Source: Chromera velia
Lineage: Eukaryota
NCBI GenBank assembly: GCA_018398765.1
Contig: JAHBMJ010000399.1
Location: 1 to 64,000 of the forward strand
Direction of reading: 5' to 3'
DNA: 64,000 bases
This document shows, in pieces, positions 1 to 12,234 of the stretch. The translations under genes and the position numbers were made by a program. Every line of letters begins with the position of its first letter. Within the stretch, counting starts at the first letter, position 1. The notes below the pieces were generated by a model, which was not told the DNA's origin, searched no databases, and saw only the letters and a program-made list of their open reading frames with translations.

Positions 1-108
1 CCCCCCCCCCCCCCCCCCCCCCTCTCTCTCTCTCTACACACACACACACACAGAGAGAGAGACCATGTACGCATATGAACACAAACAAACACACCTCCCT
101 CCCTGCAG

Positions 109-1267
109 ACCCTGTTGCCATGACTGAGGAGGCGATCGCTTCAGCCCAGACTGAGAATGAGAGGAAGGGGGGAGACGGAATCGCGGGGTTTGCCTCTCAG
201 CAGAACGACGAGAGAGTGGCCGAGCTGGAGGCTCAGCTGACGTCTCTGCGCTCTTCTCTTCAGGCGACGGAGACGGCACTGCAGAGACAGACGGTGGCTG
301 CTGAGGAGGCCAAGGGGCGTGCCGGGGCCCTTGCCGAGGCCTTGGAGAGGGCCCAACAGGAGCGGGAGGAGGAGGACAGGAAGAGCCCGAAAGAAGACCA
401 ACAGAGCGCCTCGAAGTTCGGCCCCCCTCCCTCGGAGCTCCACGACACGATCAACAAACTGCGAGAGGACAAGACCGACCTTCAGGAGAGACTGCGGCAG
501 TCGGAGGACAAATGCCGGCAGCTGGAGAGGCAGAGAGAGAAACTCGAGAAAGAGGTCAAGGTCGGTCTTTCGGTCAGAAAGGAGGGGGGGCAAAGAGGGA
601 AAAATAGAAGGGAAATGTCTTCCATGGGTGTGAAATGCATCGTCTCTTTCAGTGGTGTTCGTTGAATGAAAGCCGATGTCGCCGATGGTCGATGGTGTCT
701 CTGGGTCGGTTGGTAGGTTGGGGATTTTTTTGTGGATGCAAAAAAAAAGAAGCAAACAACCAAGCGGGTGCAGATCTTGAAGTGTGTACAAGCGCATTTG
801 ATCTCCGTCTGTCGTTTCTTTGTTGTCTCTTGTCTCCCTCCTCAATTTCCTCTTTTAGGCCTTCCCTTGATTTGATGCCCTTCCCTGGATCCTCCCTCCC
901 TTCATGCAGGATCTGGACGAAGAATTCAAAACGGTGAAGAACCAGGAGGTCCAGGTGGGTAGGGGGATGGATACACGGATGGACGTTAGAAAATGTGGGG
1001 AAGGCGTGATGAATGAGAAAGAGCTTTATTTTGCCAGATTCTTTTCCTTTTCGGTTTTGTTCCCTCTTTCTTTCTGTGCTTTCTTTCACTTGCAGCCTCA
1101 GTCTCCTGCTGTACCTCCGTTTTGTCGTCTCCCTGCAAGGGGAGACTCAACTCGAGTAAAAAGAGGAAGGAGGGAGGCAGACTCACTCACAAAGGAACAA
1201 ACGAAGAGACAGACAGCCTTGGGGGGAGAATTCAGAGGCCGAGAGAGAGAGAGAGAGCATGTGTGTG

Positions 1268-1301
<34 letters not shown>

Positions 1302-1351
1302 TGAGTGTGTGTGTGTGAGTGAGTGTGTGTGTGTGTCTAAATGTGTGTGTC

Positions 1352-1396
<45 letters not shown>

Positions 1397-2285
1397 ATGA
1401 GAGAGATGAAGGAGAAGCTGCGTGAGACGGAGACAAGATCAGCAGAGAGCCTGACAGAAAAGTTGGCAGAGAGAGACCGCGCCTGGGAGAATGCGATGGC
1501 ACAGGTCGGTCAGTCAGTCTGCCTGTCTTTCTCTTTCTCTCTGTCTCTGGGGGGCGGGGAAGGGGGGCTGTACCTGCCTTCCTGTCTCCCTGCATATCAG
1601 GCCGAAGAAAAAAAAGAAAGTTGAATCTCCGCGTATCCTCTCACAGTGCTTTCCCCCCTTTCCTCTCTCCTCCTTCTTCTCTTCTCTTCTCTTTGAGGAA
1701 GATGTCGGCCTTCGTTCCCCTTCTTCCTCTGTGATTTTTCTCCATGCACACACACACAAATTCAGATAGATGTACGGATGCCGAGATTTGTCCTTTGCAG
1801 TTGAGGGGCGAACACCAAACCGAACTGAGTCGAGCTAGGAGAGGGGCAGACGACCTCGAGAGACAGGTGGCATACCTGGAGGTACAGTTGAAGGAAGCGG
1901 CCAACAAGGCCGAGCAGGTCGGTTGGGTTTACTTTCATACAGAACTCTTTTAAAGTAAACGTATGAAAGTAAAGGCATACCTGGAGGTGCAGTTGAAGGA
2001 AGCGGCCAACAAGGCCGAGCAGGTCGGTTGGGTTTACTTTCATACAGAACTCTTTTAAAGTAAACGTATGAAAGTAAAGGCATACCTGGAGGTGCAGTTA
2101 AAGGAAGCGGCCAACAAGGCCGAGCAGGTCGGTTGAGGGGGGGGTAGTTAGAGGCCTGCCTGTTTGTGACTGGAAGTGCGGGAGGTGGTGTTTCTGCCTG
2201 TGGAACTGTGTGCGGAAGCGCTTGGTTTTGTTTCTCTCTGAATGTGTGTCTCCATGTGCAACTGTGTCTTTCTTTATGCTTTTTT

Positions 2286-2318
<33 letters not shown>

Positions 2319-2682
2319 GTCCACGATCGAAGTGGCGCCGTCTTTCTGTGCCACTTAATTCATGCTTGTATCCCTTTCGCTTTCTACGTCCCTCCCTCTG
2401 TGTGTATGTCTGTGCGTCTTCATTCATGTTTCTTTCTCAGTCCTTCCCTTTCTACACCCTTCCCTTTGCCTGTGTGTAAATCTGTCTGTTGCAGCAACGT
2501 GTGGGTCTCGAGAAGTTGGTTGAGGGGAAGAAGGGCGAGGTGGCGGCCTTGTTGAGTGACGTGGAGAGTCTCACAAGCGAGAACAGAGAACTGAAGTCGA
2601 ACCTTAGAGAGGCCCTCGCGCGGTATGACAACGAGGAGAGCGTCAGTCAGTTCGACACTCGGCTCCTTCGCTCCTTCGAAAA

Positions 2683-2748
<66 letters not shown>

Positions 2749-4177
2749 ATGTCCTCGGATGCGTTCAGTCGAAAAACCTGATCGACAGAGCTTTGTGAAA
2801 AAGAAAAAGAGGCATTGTGAAAGTACGAAAACTGCCCCATAGCAGACTTATTTCGTGTCCTTTTTCTCCTCTCCCCTTCTTCCTTCCTTCCTATTGTTTG
2901 CAGAAAGCCGAACAGCAGAAGTTCCTCAGAAAGTCCCTTCGTCCTTGCTTCCTTGTGTTTGCAGAAAGCCGAACAGCAGAAGTTCCTTAGAAAGTCCCTT
3001 CTTCCTTGCTTGCTTGTGTTTGCAGAAAGCCGAACAGCAGAAGTTCCTCAGAAAGTCCCTTCTTCCTTGCTTGCTTGTGTTTGCAGAAAGCCGAACAGCA
3101 GAAGTTCCTCAGAAAGTCCCTTCGTCCTTGCTTCCTTGTGTTTGCAGAAAGCCGAACAGCAGAAGTTCCTCAGAAAGTCCCTTCTTCCTTGCTTGCTTGT
3201 GTTTGCAGAAAGCCGAACAGCAGAAGTTCCTCAGAAAGTCCCTTCTTCCTTGCTTGCTTGTTTTTGCAGAAAGCCGAACAGCAGAAGTTCCTCAGAAAGT
3301 CCCTTCTTCCTTGCTTGCTTGTGTTTCCAGAAAGCCGAACAGCAGAAGTTCCTCACAAAGTCCCTTCTTCCTTGCTTGCTTGTGTTTGCAGAAAGCCGAA
3401 CAGCAGAAGTTCCTCAGAAAGTCCCTTCTTCCTTGCTTGCTTGTGTTTGCAGAAAGCCGAACAGCAGAAGTTCCTCAGAAAGTCCCTTCTTCCTTGCTAG
3501 CTTGTGTTTGCAGAAAGCCGAACAGCAGAAGTTCCTCAGAAAGTCCCTCGAGGCAACTCAAGAGAGGGTACAGGGACTGGAGACCGAACTCGCAGCCGCA
3601 CTTCAAAGCAGGGACAGGGCCATGGAAGAGTCAGTCAGTTGGTCAGGCAGTATTCATTGTCTTTGTGTTGTTGGAGAGAAGTGCGTGCAGTATTCATTGT
3701 CTTGTTGAGTCAGTCGGGCAGTATTCATTGTCTTTGTGTTGTCAGAGAAAAGTGTGTGCAGTCCTTCTTTCTAAGTGAGCTGGTTAAAGAAAGCAGAAAC
3801 AGGCAACCGACCAACTCGGGATTTCTGGACACAAACAAGATTGTGCACTCATCTATTGATTGGCTGACTGACTAATTGGTTGAATGTATGAATGAATGAT
3901 TGGACGATTCCCATCTGTGCAGATGGAGCGAGCGCGTGAACCAGTTGGTGGAAGAGACGGGGAGGACGAGTGCATTGTTGCAGGCGGCAGCAGCGAGAGA
4001 GGCAGAACTGAGCAGACAACTGGAACAGAGACCGTCTGAGGTTCGTTCAGAGAGGGAGGCGTTTTGCCTCTGCTGTCTGTCTTTCCGTCTCCCTCCATCC
4101 ACTCTCTTTCTGCTCTCATGTTCCTCTTCGCTTGGTTGCCATTCTTCCGTGAGGCGCTCTCTCTGTCTCTCTCTCTG

Positions 4178-4211
<34 letters not shown>

Positions 4212-4220
4212 TCTCGCTGG

Positions 4221-4262
<42 letters not shown>

Positions 4263-6733
4263 TTCTCTCTCTCTCTCGCCCTGTTTCGGGAGGTGGGTGG
4301 GCACTGCGTCTTGCAGTGCGACCGTCGGGTTGCGTGGGTCAAACCCTCTCAGTGTAAATGCACCAGTATGTTACTGCTTCCATCTTTCTCAGGCAGCCTT
4401 GCCAAATACTAATTTTGGATATTGATCTCGGTTTTGTCGAATTCTCCTTCAAGGTGTATGTTTGTATGCTTGTGTGTGCATGCATGTATCCTCCCTCCCT
4501 CCCTCCGTCCGTAATGAACGAATGAATGAATCGATTGATGCAGTCGGAGGTCGCGTCCCTCCGCGAGAGAGTCCAGAACGCCGTTGCCGTGGACAGCGGG
4601 GATGTCTCGGCAGCAGTGACGGACCTCGAGAAACAACTGATGGGCAGACAAAAGCAACTGCAAGGTCAGTCCTCCCCGGGGGGGCAGGGAGGGGAGTGGG
4701 TGGACAGAACGTGCCCCCTCCACGTTTTTGTTTGTACCTACCTCTCTTCTCTCACTCAGTGTGGAGATTTTGCACCCCCGCACTCCTCCTCTCGCTTCTT
4801 ATTTATCCGTTCATTCACTTTGTCCATTCTTCGGCTGTCTCCTTTTCATCTTTTTCCTTGTTGTGTCTCTCCAGGTTCGTTCGTTCGATCGATCCTTGTT
4901 CTCTCTCGCCACCCTTGCACCGAGAAGTGCTCCTGCCTTGCAGCCTCGACGCCTTTTTTTTTGTCTTGCTGGATCGATGTGTTTTCTCGGGTTTGTTTGT
5001 GCCTCCATTGTGCATATGTGTGCATTGATTGATTGCAGTCGAATTGAGCCGTCTCCGGGGCGTGGTCTCCTCCCTTGAGGACGATAAGAGGGCCCTCGAG
5101 AAGAAGGAGGGGGAAGCCCTGGAGAGAGAGAAGGAGCTGAACGCCCTCGTGAGGAGACTGGAGGACCAAACGGCGGCCGCATTGGCTTCGGGGGGGGGGC
5201 AGCGTGGGTTCATGGGGCCTGAGGGGTCGGGTCCCTCTTCTGGTCATGAGAGGGCGGGGGGGGAGGGAGACGGGGGGGTGTCTCCGTCTCCTCTGGGCAT
5301 TCCATCGCTCAGCTCTCCCATGCAGGTGAGTGGAAAGAAAAGATATTTCTGTTTCGATGGACAAAAGTGAGTGCGTCTCTATGTGGACTTACCAACAAAA
5401 GAGTCCCTCTTCCTTCCTCATTCCTTAATTCCTTCTTGTACTGCCTCTATACATCCATCCGCAAACTGACTGCGCATATTGGGGCTCACATGCGAAAGAA
5501 AAGAGGAAAGGCTGGCCCTGCAGGAAAGAACGTAGACAGAATTCAAGAAGACAAGAACGATGCTGGAAGAACGTAAACAAAGAAGAGAGTTTGGTCCTTC
5601 CTTTCGCCTCCCTCTTCCCACTGCGAAGCAAGACTGACCTTGGAGGGAGAACTCCCTCCTTCAATCCCTCCCTCTCCCTCTCTTTCTCTCTCTGTAGTAA
5701 ACTTCCCTGCCTACCTGGGTTTGTGCTTGTCTGCATGAGAAGTAGAAGGAGAAGTCATCATCCAACTGACTGAATGGGGACTGACAGACGGACTGAACGA
5801 CTGAGTGACTGATTGGCTGGCAAAGAGAATCGATGGACGATCGAACATTCGAGGTACGTATGAGAGAGAAGATCACTGCATGAGTGACTGACTGAATGCC
5901 TTCACTTCACCTGCAGGCCGGACAGGGGCCCCCCATGGCTGCTGAAGGCGCGGGGGCATCGGATGGCCAGGCAGGTCCCCCCAGCGTTATGCAGATTGTG
6001 GCGGCACAGAGGGACCGCTTCCGACAGAGAGTGCTCGAGCTCGAACAGGTAGGTGGTGAGTGCAGTTTTTCCTGAGGTGCGCTGCAACGGAACTACGCAT
6101 ACATATGTCCACATATGTGCATCAGTGTGTGTCACGTACACACATACAGAGGCTTCTTATGAGCCGGAAGTGAACGAAAGAGAGTTGCATTCCGTCCAAG
6201 ACGCAGTTTTGAATTGAGAGAGAAAAGGTCAAAGGAAGAGGAAAGCGTTTCCGTTTGTTTGGTCTGCGTGCGAAGATTTGTTGTGCGGGCCTTTCCTCCT
6301 CTTTTTCCCTTGTGTTGACTTCCTCGATCTGTTTCGCGACTCTGGCCGGGGCTCCTTGTTTGATTGAGGGAAAGATGAATCAATGAAGAAGGAAAGAAAA
6401 GGAATTCTCTGTCTGTCTATTCGATCGTTCTGCTGCCTCCCTCCCTGCTGCGTGAGGTGATTCATTGAGCGATTCATGTTGTGTGTCATGACTCTCCCTC
6501 CCTCCATTGCACAGGAAGGAAGAATGGAGGAATTGAAGGGAGAAAAAAACATTTGAGTCTTTCGATTTGCATGGTTCATTTACCAGAGGGGGAAGGGAAG
6601 AGAGGAGAGGACGGATGGGGCGGAAGAAAAAGAAAGTGAGAGAAGAGGATACAGGAGGGCAGAGTATTCGATGAAAGGTGGCTGACTGCTGCACTGTGTG
6701 TATGTGTGTGCCTCTCGCTCTCTCGCTCTCTCG

Positions 6734-6799
<66 letters not shown>

Positions 6800-8031
6800 A
6801 CGTGCGACCGTCTGCGAGAGAGCCTCGCAGCAGAGAAGGAGACCAAAATTCGTTTGCAGAGGGACAACGTCAGCCTTGTCGAGCAGGTACGTTAAGTGAG
6901 TGAGTGAATTGGTGAATTGGTGAGTGACTGGTGCAGACGCTTCCAGCGCTCTTTCGTTGCGCACGAATGTACATTGTCCTTCAATAGGTGCAAGACAGTC
7001 TATGGCGAGCGGCTCTTTAAGATACGGGCTTCAATGTTCCTTCTTGGAAGTCGGAAGGCGGGCTTGACTTCAAAAAGATTGAATTTCAAGCTGAGTTCTG
7101 ACGGCGTTTTGGGGGTTATCTTCCTTCCTTCCATCCTTCATGCGCGCAGGCTCGGTACTTGGAGAGCGTGTACCACCAGGGGGGTGGGGGTGCGCAGGGT
7201 CGGAGTGAGCTCGAGAGAGATCGGGGGGATGCGGGGGGTTCAGAGAGGGGAGGGGGGGGTGGCAGGAGAGGGGGGGAGATGGAGATGGGCACTGTGGGGG
7301 GGGGAGGGGGAGGAGAGAGGGACGGCATGCTGCGGGGAGAGGAGGACGGAGGGGGGGACGTCGAGCAGGGCCTCCAGGGAGTCAGCGACCCCTTTGCCTC
7401 CAGTGTTAAGGGGAGACAGCAGGTGAGTGCCTTGAAAAGGGAAGGGGAGACAGGAGGTGAGTGCCTTGAAAAGGGAAGGGGAGACAGGAGGTGAGTGCCT
7501 TGAAAAGGGAAGGGGAGACAGGAGGTGAGTGCCTTGAAAAGGGAAGGGGAGACAGGAGGTGAGTGCCTTGAAAAGGGAAGGGGCATGCATTTCTTCCGTT
7601 CCTTCCATGCAGACAGACGTCTCTCTCCTGCATCTGCGGGCCGCTGTTGCATTGGGGCGTTGGGGGGGGTCTGTGTGGTTTCTTTCTTTCTTTCTGGCAT
7701 GCACTGTTGCGATCCTCTCATCGAGTCTTCTTACTCTTCCCTCCTAGCTGAACGTTCACTTTTCCGAACAAGTCTCTCCGTTCAGGTGGCGCTCCGTTAC
7801 CGCCAGGAATACGAGCAGAGCGTCGACCCCTTTGCCCGCTTTCGTGAAGGGGAGCGTCAGAGGAAACTCCAGCAGATGGACCCGGCAAGCCGCGTTCTGG
7901 TCCAACTGGGTCAAATACTTCTTGCGAACGGTCCCGGGAGGGCGTTTCTTGCCTTCTACCTTCTCTCGCTGCACCTCCTTGTCTTTCTGTCTCTCTGGAG
8001 GGCAACCCATTGCAGGCATCACCTGGAATGA
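109..8031 (+). CDS. CASP/Coy1-like Golgi coiled-coil tail-anchored protein (golgin), 5'-partial. Predicted exons: 109-560, 910-954, 1397-1504, 1801-1917, 2495-2641, 3514-3629, 3923-4040, 4544-4664, 5039-5325, 5917-6048, 6800-6886, 7150-7422, 7786-8031
   Basis: Phase-consistent GT-AG exons encode long heptad coiled coils. They are followed by CASP C-terminal-like motifs ([54 protein letters not shown]) and a C-terminal TM helix ([20 protein letters not shown]). Family recognised from memory of the motifs. Confidence 0.85.
1870..2134 (+). repeat. 105-bp tandem repeat (about 2.5 copies) of an exon 3' end plus splice donor, with a 46-bp hairpin spacer
   Basis: GCATACCTGGAGGT...GCCGAGCAG|GTCGGTTG at 1870, 1975 and 2080. 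The spacer TTTACTTTCATAC-20 nt-GTATGAAAGTAAA has a perfect 13-bp inverted repeat. Confidence 0.95.
2872..3547 (+). repeat. 61-bp tandem repeat, 11 copies, each a splice acceptor plus exon start
   Basis: Unit ...CTTGCTTGTGTTTGCAG|AAAGCCGAACAGCAGAAGTTCCTCAGAAAGTCCC. Exon-like halves start at 2904, 2965 ... 3514 (period 61). Confidence 0.95.
7408..7583 (+). repeat. 34-bp tandem repeat, 5 copies, each an exon end plus GTGAGT donor
   Basis: AAGGGGAGACAG(C/G)AG|GTGAGTGCCTTGAAAAGGG at 7408, 7442, 7476, 7510 and 7544. Confidence 0.95.
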
Positions 8032-8348
8032 AAGCAAAGCAGCAGCATGCAACAGCGGCCAGCGGCTTCACGGCATGCTTCTCCGGCTAGCTGAAATAGG
8101 AAAGCAGCTGAGAATCATCGGAATAGTGGTGAAACTGACAGATTGCCTAGCTGATCGGGGTGTATTGCACCGGTGCATAAACTCACGTAATTATTTCTGT
8201 TTATAAGATTGATTTTTATGTGTTTGCTTGTTGAAAAGAGTACACTGGCATCCTTTTTATATCAAGTGATAAGTGTCAGATGTAGTAGTGCCCTACTAGC
8301 CTGACAGCACTGTGGCCGTTTTGTTGAGCATTTTGTCTTAAAGGGGTC

Positions 8349-8874
8349 TACATAATATGGTTAGGAGTAACGAAAGTAGGACGGTTACTAGGCGGCCGCT
8401 AGGCCGCCCGGTTACTAATTTTGTGGTTACGGTAGTACCGTTCCAATGGTAGTGGTAATAGCTAAAAACAGGCATATTTCGCCACATTCTAAGTTAAATT
8501 AACGTATAAAACTAATTTCAGACTAGTAAAAATCATATTTTTGGCATTCATTAAAAGTTTATTCTAGTAAAATTCAATGTTTATCATTTTATCAGTCAAA
8601 TTATAACTAAATTCTAACTAGTATATCACTATGTATAGTATATATTATTTGAATATGATCATTTCAGGGCTTTAAACTGCTAATGAGTTAAGTGGTCAGG
8701 CTTTAAAATTGGTGTAGCAACTGTTTTTACCAGAGTTTTTCTTGAACTACCATAGTAATGGTACTAGTGGTACACGCCTTCAAGTCCACCGGTTACCATC
8801 TCATGGTTACCAAACTGACCGTAACTTGCTACTGGCTAAAAGGGGCCAGTAGTAACTCCTAAGCATACTGTGTA
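8349..8874. mobile_element. Non-autonomous DNA transposon/MITE, hAT-like (526 bp)
   Basis: Imperfect 23-bp TIRs: TACATAATATGGTTAGGAGTAAC versus the reverse complement of the right end, TACACAGTATGCTTAGGAGTTAC (19/23). Flanked by an exact 8-bp direct repeat AAGGGGTC (8341-8348, 8875-8882). AT-rich, no long ORF. An 8-bp TSD is typical of hAT. Confidence 0.75.
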
Positions 8875-9870
8875 AAGGGGTCACCCCCGCATTAACCCTA
8901 AAAAAAATAAATCACTTTCAAATGTTTTAGAATAATATAGAAAAGAAGAAGAAAAATGTTGAGAAAAAAAAGTTTTCTTTAATTATGTCCCAGATAATCT
9001 CAAACTTAGTCTCAAACACTACCTCAAACAATCCAACAAACATTTTTTTTTTTTGTGTTTGACTCATATATCTTGAATACATTGTTTAATATAAGTGTGT
9101 TGTCATATACCGTTGATAAACTAATTAAATTGAAGTGGTTGTGATTCACTTATAAAAAAACGATGAAATACTATTTAGGTATACAAAAACATATAAAGAC
9201 AGCTAGAAAGACAGACGATCGAACAAAAAAAAAATCGTGTACAAAATAGTTTATTCGACGTTGCTGTATAAAGGTTTGGGGAAAAAAGGAGGTGTAGACA
9301 ATCCCTTATACAACGGCTCCCTTGAAAACATACAAAAACAATTAATCTGGAAAGCCTATCAAACGTTCACATATAATATTAGAAGCAAAACCGTGAACAA
9401 TTCCAAAAGTTGAGGAAAACGTTGAGTCAGTGGTAGTCAGTGGTCACAATAGGTTGTATAAAGAGGGCACTACATCGGCCTTCGGCCGGAGGGCACTACA
9501 TTGGCCTTCGTGCAAACGACGTTAAGGGTCGGGGTTATGCAACGCCGTTGCTAGCCGTTGCATAAAGCCGAGCCGCGCACCGCTCAGATGCGCGGGGGCT
9601 GGGACACTTTAATTGCTAAATTGCATGGCCCCGGAAAAACCTGCATGGATGTGGCGCCATGCACTTGCATGCATGCAGATTCATTCAGCATGGCACTTAA
9701 TTCTCTCAGCTGGGATACTGCGTACGTTTGTTTTTTGAAACGACTCTGCATGAACACAAGCACTGAGTCATTCTCTGGCATACACAGCACAGCGTGATCA
9801 CAATCGTTTTCTCTGCCCTGAGAACTTAACATATTGTCCGGACTTTGAGCACACCTGAGTTTGTATCAGC

Positions 9871-12081
9871 ATGGGGGGCCTCGGGAGCAAGGTCAGGCAA
9901 AAGGCCTCCAGGGTCGTTGCTTCTTTCTCCTCGTCGAGAAAGAGGAGAACCAGCATGATTGAAGGCACAGAACACCTCTTCCACAAATGGACCGGATTCT
10001 TTCTCGACCCGAATTTGGAGGAGCATTTTCTTCTCTTCAGACAAAACAATCGGAGACCCATTTTATTTCTGTACATGCTGGTACTCTTCATTGCCTACGT
10101 GATTGACATTCCGAGAAACATTCTCACGGGACACCCAGATAACAGGGCCATTGCAATTTTCCGGAACTTTGCCTTCCTGGCCATCTGTGTGTTCTTTCTG
10201 GTCGCCTGCTGCTGGTTCCCCTTTCCGTTCAAATATTTTGAAAAGGCCGTCGGAGTCGGGATTGTCCTCTGGACGTTGGTGACCACCTGGATGTCCGATA
10301 ACTTCATTGAAATACTCCTTGGACGAATTTACTTCAACGAATCTTTCCTCGCACAGGTGCTTTTGACCAACACCTTGGTGTTTGTCGTGATGATGGGCCT
10401 GTTCGCGGCTGCCGTCGTTATCATGCCTTTGCGTCGACCCACCCTGGTCGTTACCCTCGCTGTGTCTTACTTTCTGGGGGTATGCCACCCGATCTCTCTT
10501 GCCACCTACAGTGACGACAGCCGACTGAACATCTTTTGCGTCTCGGCTGTTCTGGGTGCCGGCATCGTCCTCTGCTCTGTTGTCGTCTCCCTGACGAACG
10601 AAGAGGTCAGACAGACAGACTATATACATCGTTTTTTCTTTCCCTTTTTCTTCGGACAGTCAGGAAGCTGGAGCAAGCAGCGGGTTTGTCTTCTCTTCTC
10701 TTCTCCTCTGTTCTCTTCGTTCGGTCTTTTGACGATTCAGCTAGAAAAGAGCTTTCGATCGGTTTCCAGAGAGCCAATCCGATCCAAGGCATCCGAGAGT
10801 ATTCTAATGAGCCCGCACAGTGGAGATAAGGAAGGATCAATTATTTGAAGAAAGCTTGGGGCGATGCTTTGATGGAGACGTAATTTTGGATGGACACATC
10901 TCAACACACCAGTCGATGCCTCTTTCTTTCCCTCCCTTTCTCTCTGAAGTCGATGGATCAGTTGGCTGCATGGCGTCTCTCTTGCAAGCGCTTCAGAGTT
11001 CAGACTGGCAAGCGCCTCGCTCTTGTTAAATAATTCTCACACGGTGTTTGCTCTCTTTCTCACTCCACCCCTTCCTCGGTCCTTGTCTCCGTTTGTGAGT
11101 GTGTGAACACTTGGGTCAGGTCGGTGCGTGAGTGATTCAGTGAGTGGAGCACTGAGGGAGTGCATGCGTGTCAGTGTGCTAAGGTGTACATGTATAGAGG
11201 CGTGCGTCCCTGTTTGTTGTGTTGCCTGAGAAAAATACGGCATGCACTTCCCCTAGCTGCCCATTCCTTCCCCTTCCTTCAGTCAGTTCCTCCCTCCCTC
11301 CCTCTCGATCCTTCCTTGAATTCTGTCGATCCTTCCTTCCTTCCTTCCTTCAGTTCTATGCCCGGTCGATGTTCTCAACCATCGGGGCACAAAAGGAGAA
11401 GATCCAAAAGTTGAACGACGAATTGGAGGATCTCCTCAAACCCAAACCCTCAGGGAGCTCCGGGGAAAGGCTGGTGGAGATTCTTGGGGGGGCAACGAAG
11501 GAACTCAGAAGGCAGGAGACGATTCTTAATTCAAGAGTGAGTCACTCACTCCATCAAGGGGGGGACGGGCAACTAGACAGTAAAAGTTTAGGTAGACGGG
11601 TATCCGGTCAGACAGTTAGTCAGAAAGCAAGGCAGTGGGCCAGACAGTCAACTAGGCAGGCAGGGAGGGAGGGAGGGAGGGAGGGAGGCAGATGGCGATC
11701 GCATGCGGACAAAAAGAGACCGTCACGTCACAGCGAACTGTGAGGGCATGAAAATAAACAACTCGATCGGCAGGTGAATTCTCCACAAGCGCATTCAGTG
11801 AGTCCCGCCCCTTACCCCCCGAGCCATAAGCATGCATTCATACGAGCACGATTGATTGTGCATGCGATCATTTCCTTTCTTCCTTCTTTCCTTTATTTGT
11901 TTGTTTATTCGCTCCGGCGATCCCTCAGACGGCTCCTGGAGCCCCCCCGTTGAACCCCGCAGTCCTTGCCGTGATGACCCGGCGGCTGATCAAGGAACTC
12001 AACGAGGCCACTACTCTGGCCTCGAATGCAGAACACCTCCTGGACATCAACCTGCCTTTGGTCGGTCGGTCTCTCGGTCTC

Positions 12082-12124
<43 letters not shown>

Positions 12125-12165
12125 GTGTGTATGTGTATGTGTGTGTGTATGTGTGTGTATGTGTA

Positions 12166-12234
<69 letters not shown>

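Noticed and set aside
2872..3547. CRISPR-like regular array, and ORFs 2855-3778 and 2953-3708 as repeat proteins
   Set aside because: The units are near-identical with no unique spacers and no cas genes. The ORFs arise from a stop-free duplicated acceptor junction.
8279..9565. Larger element bounded by GTAGTGCCCT / AGGGCACTAC, plus a small hairpin near 9535-9565
   Set aside because: Only a 10-bp inverted match and no TSD found.
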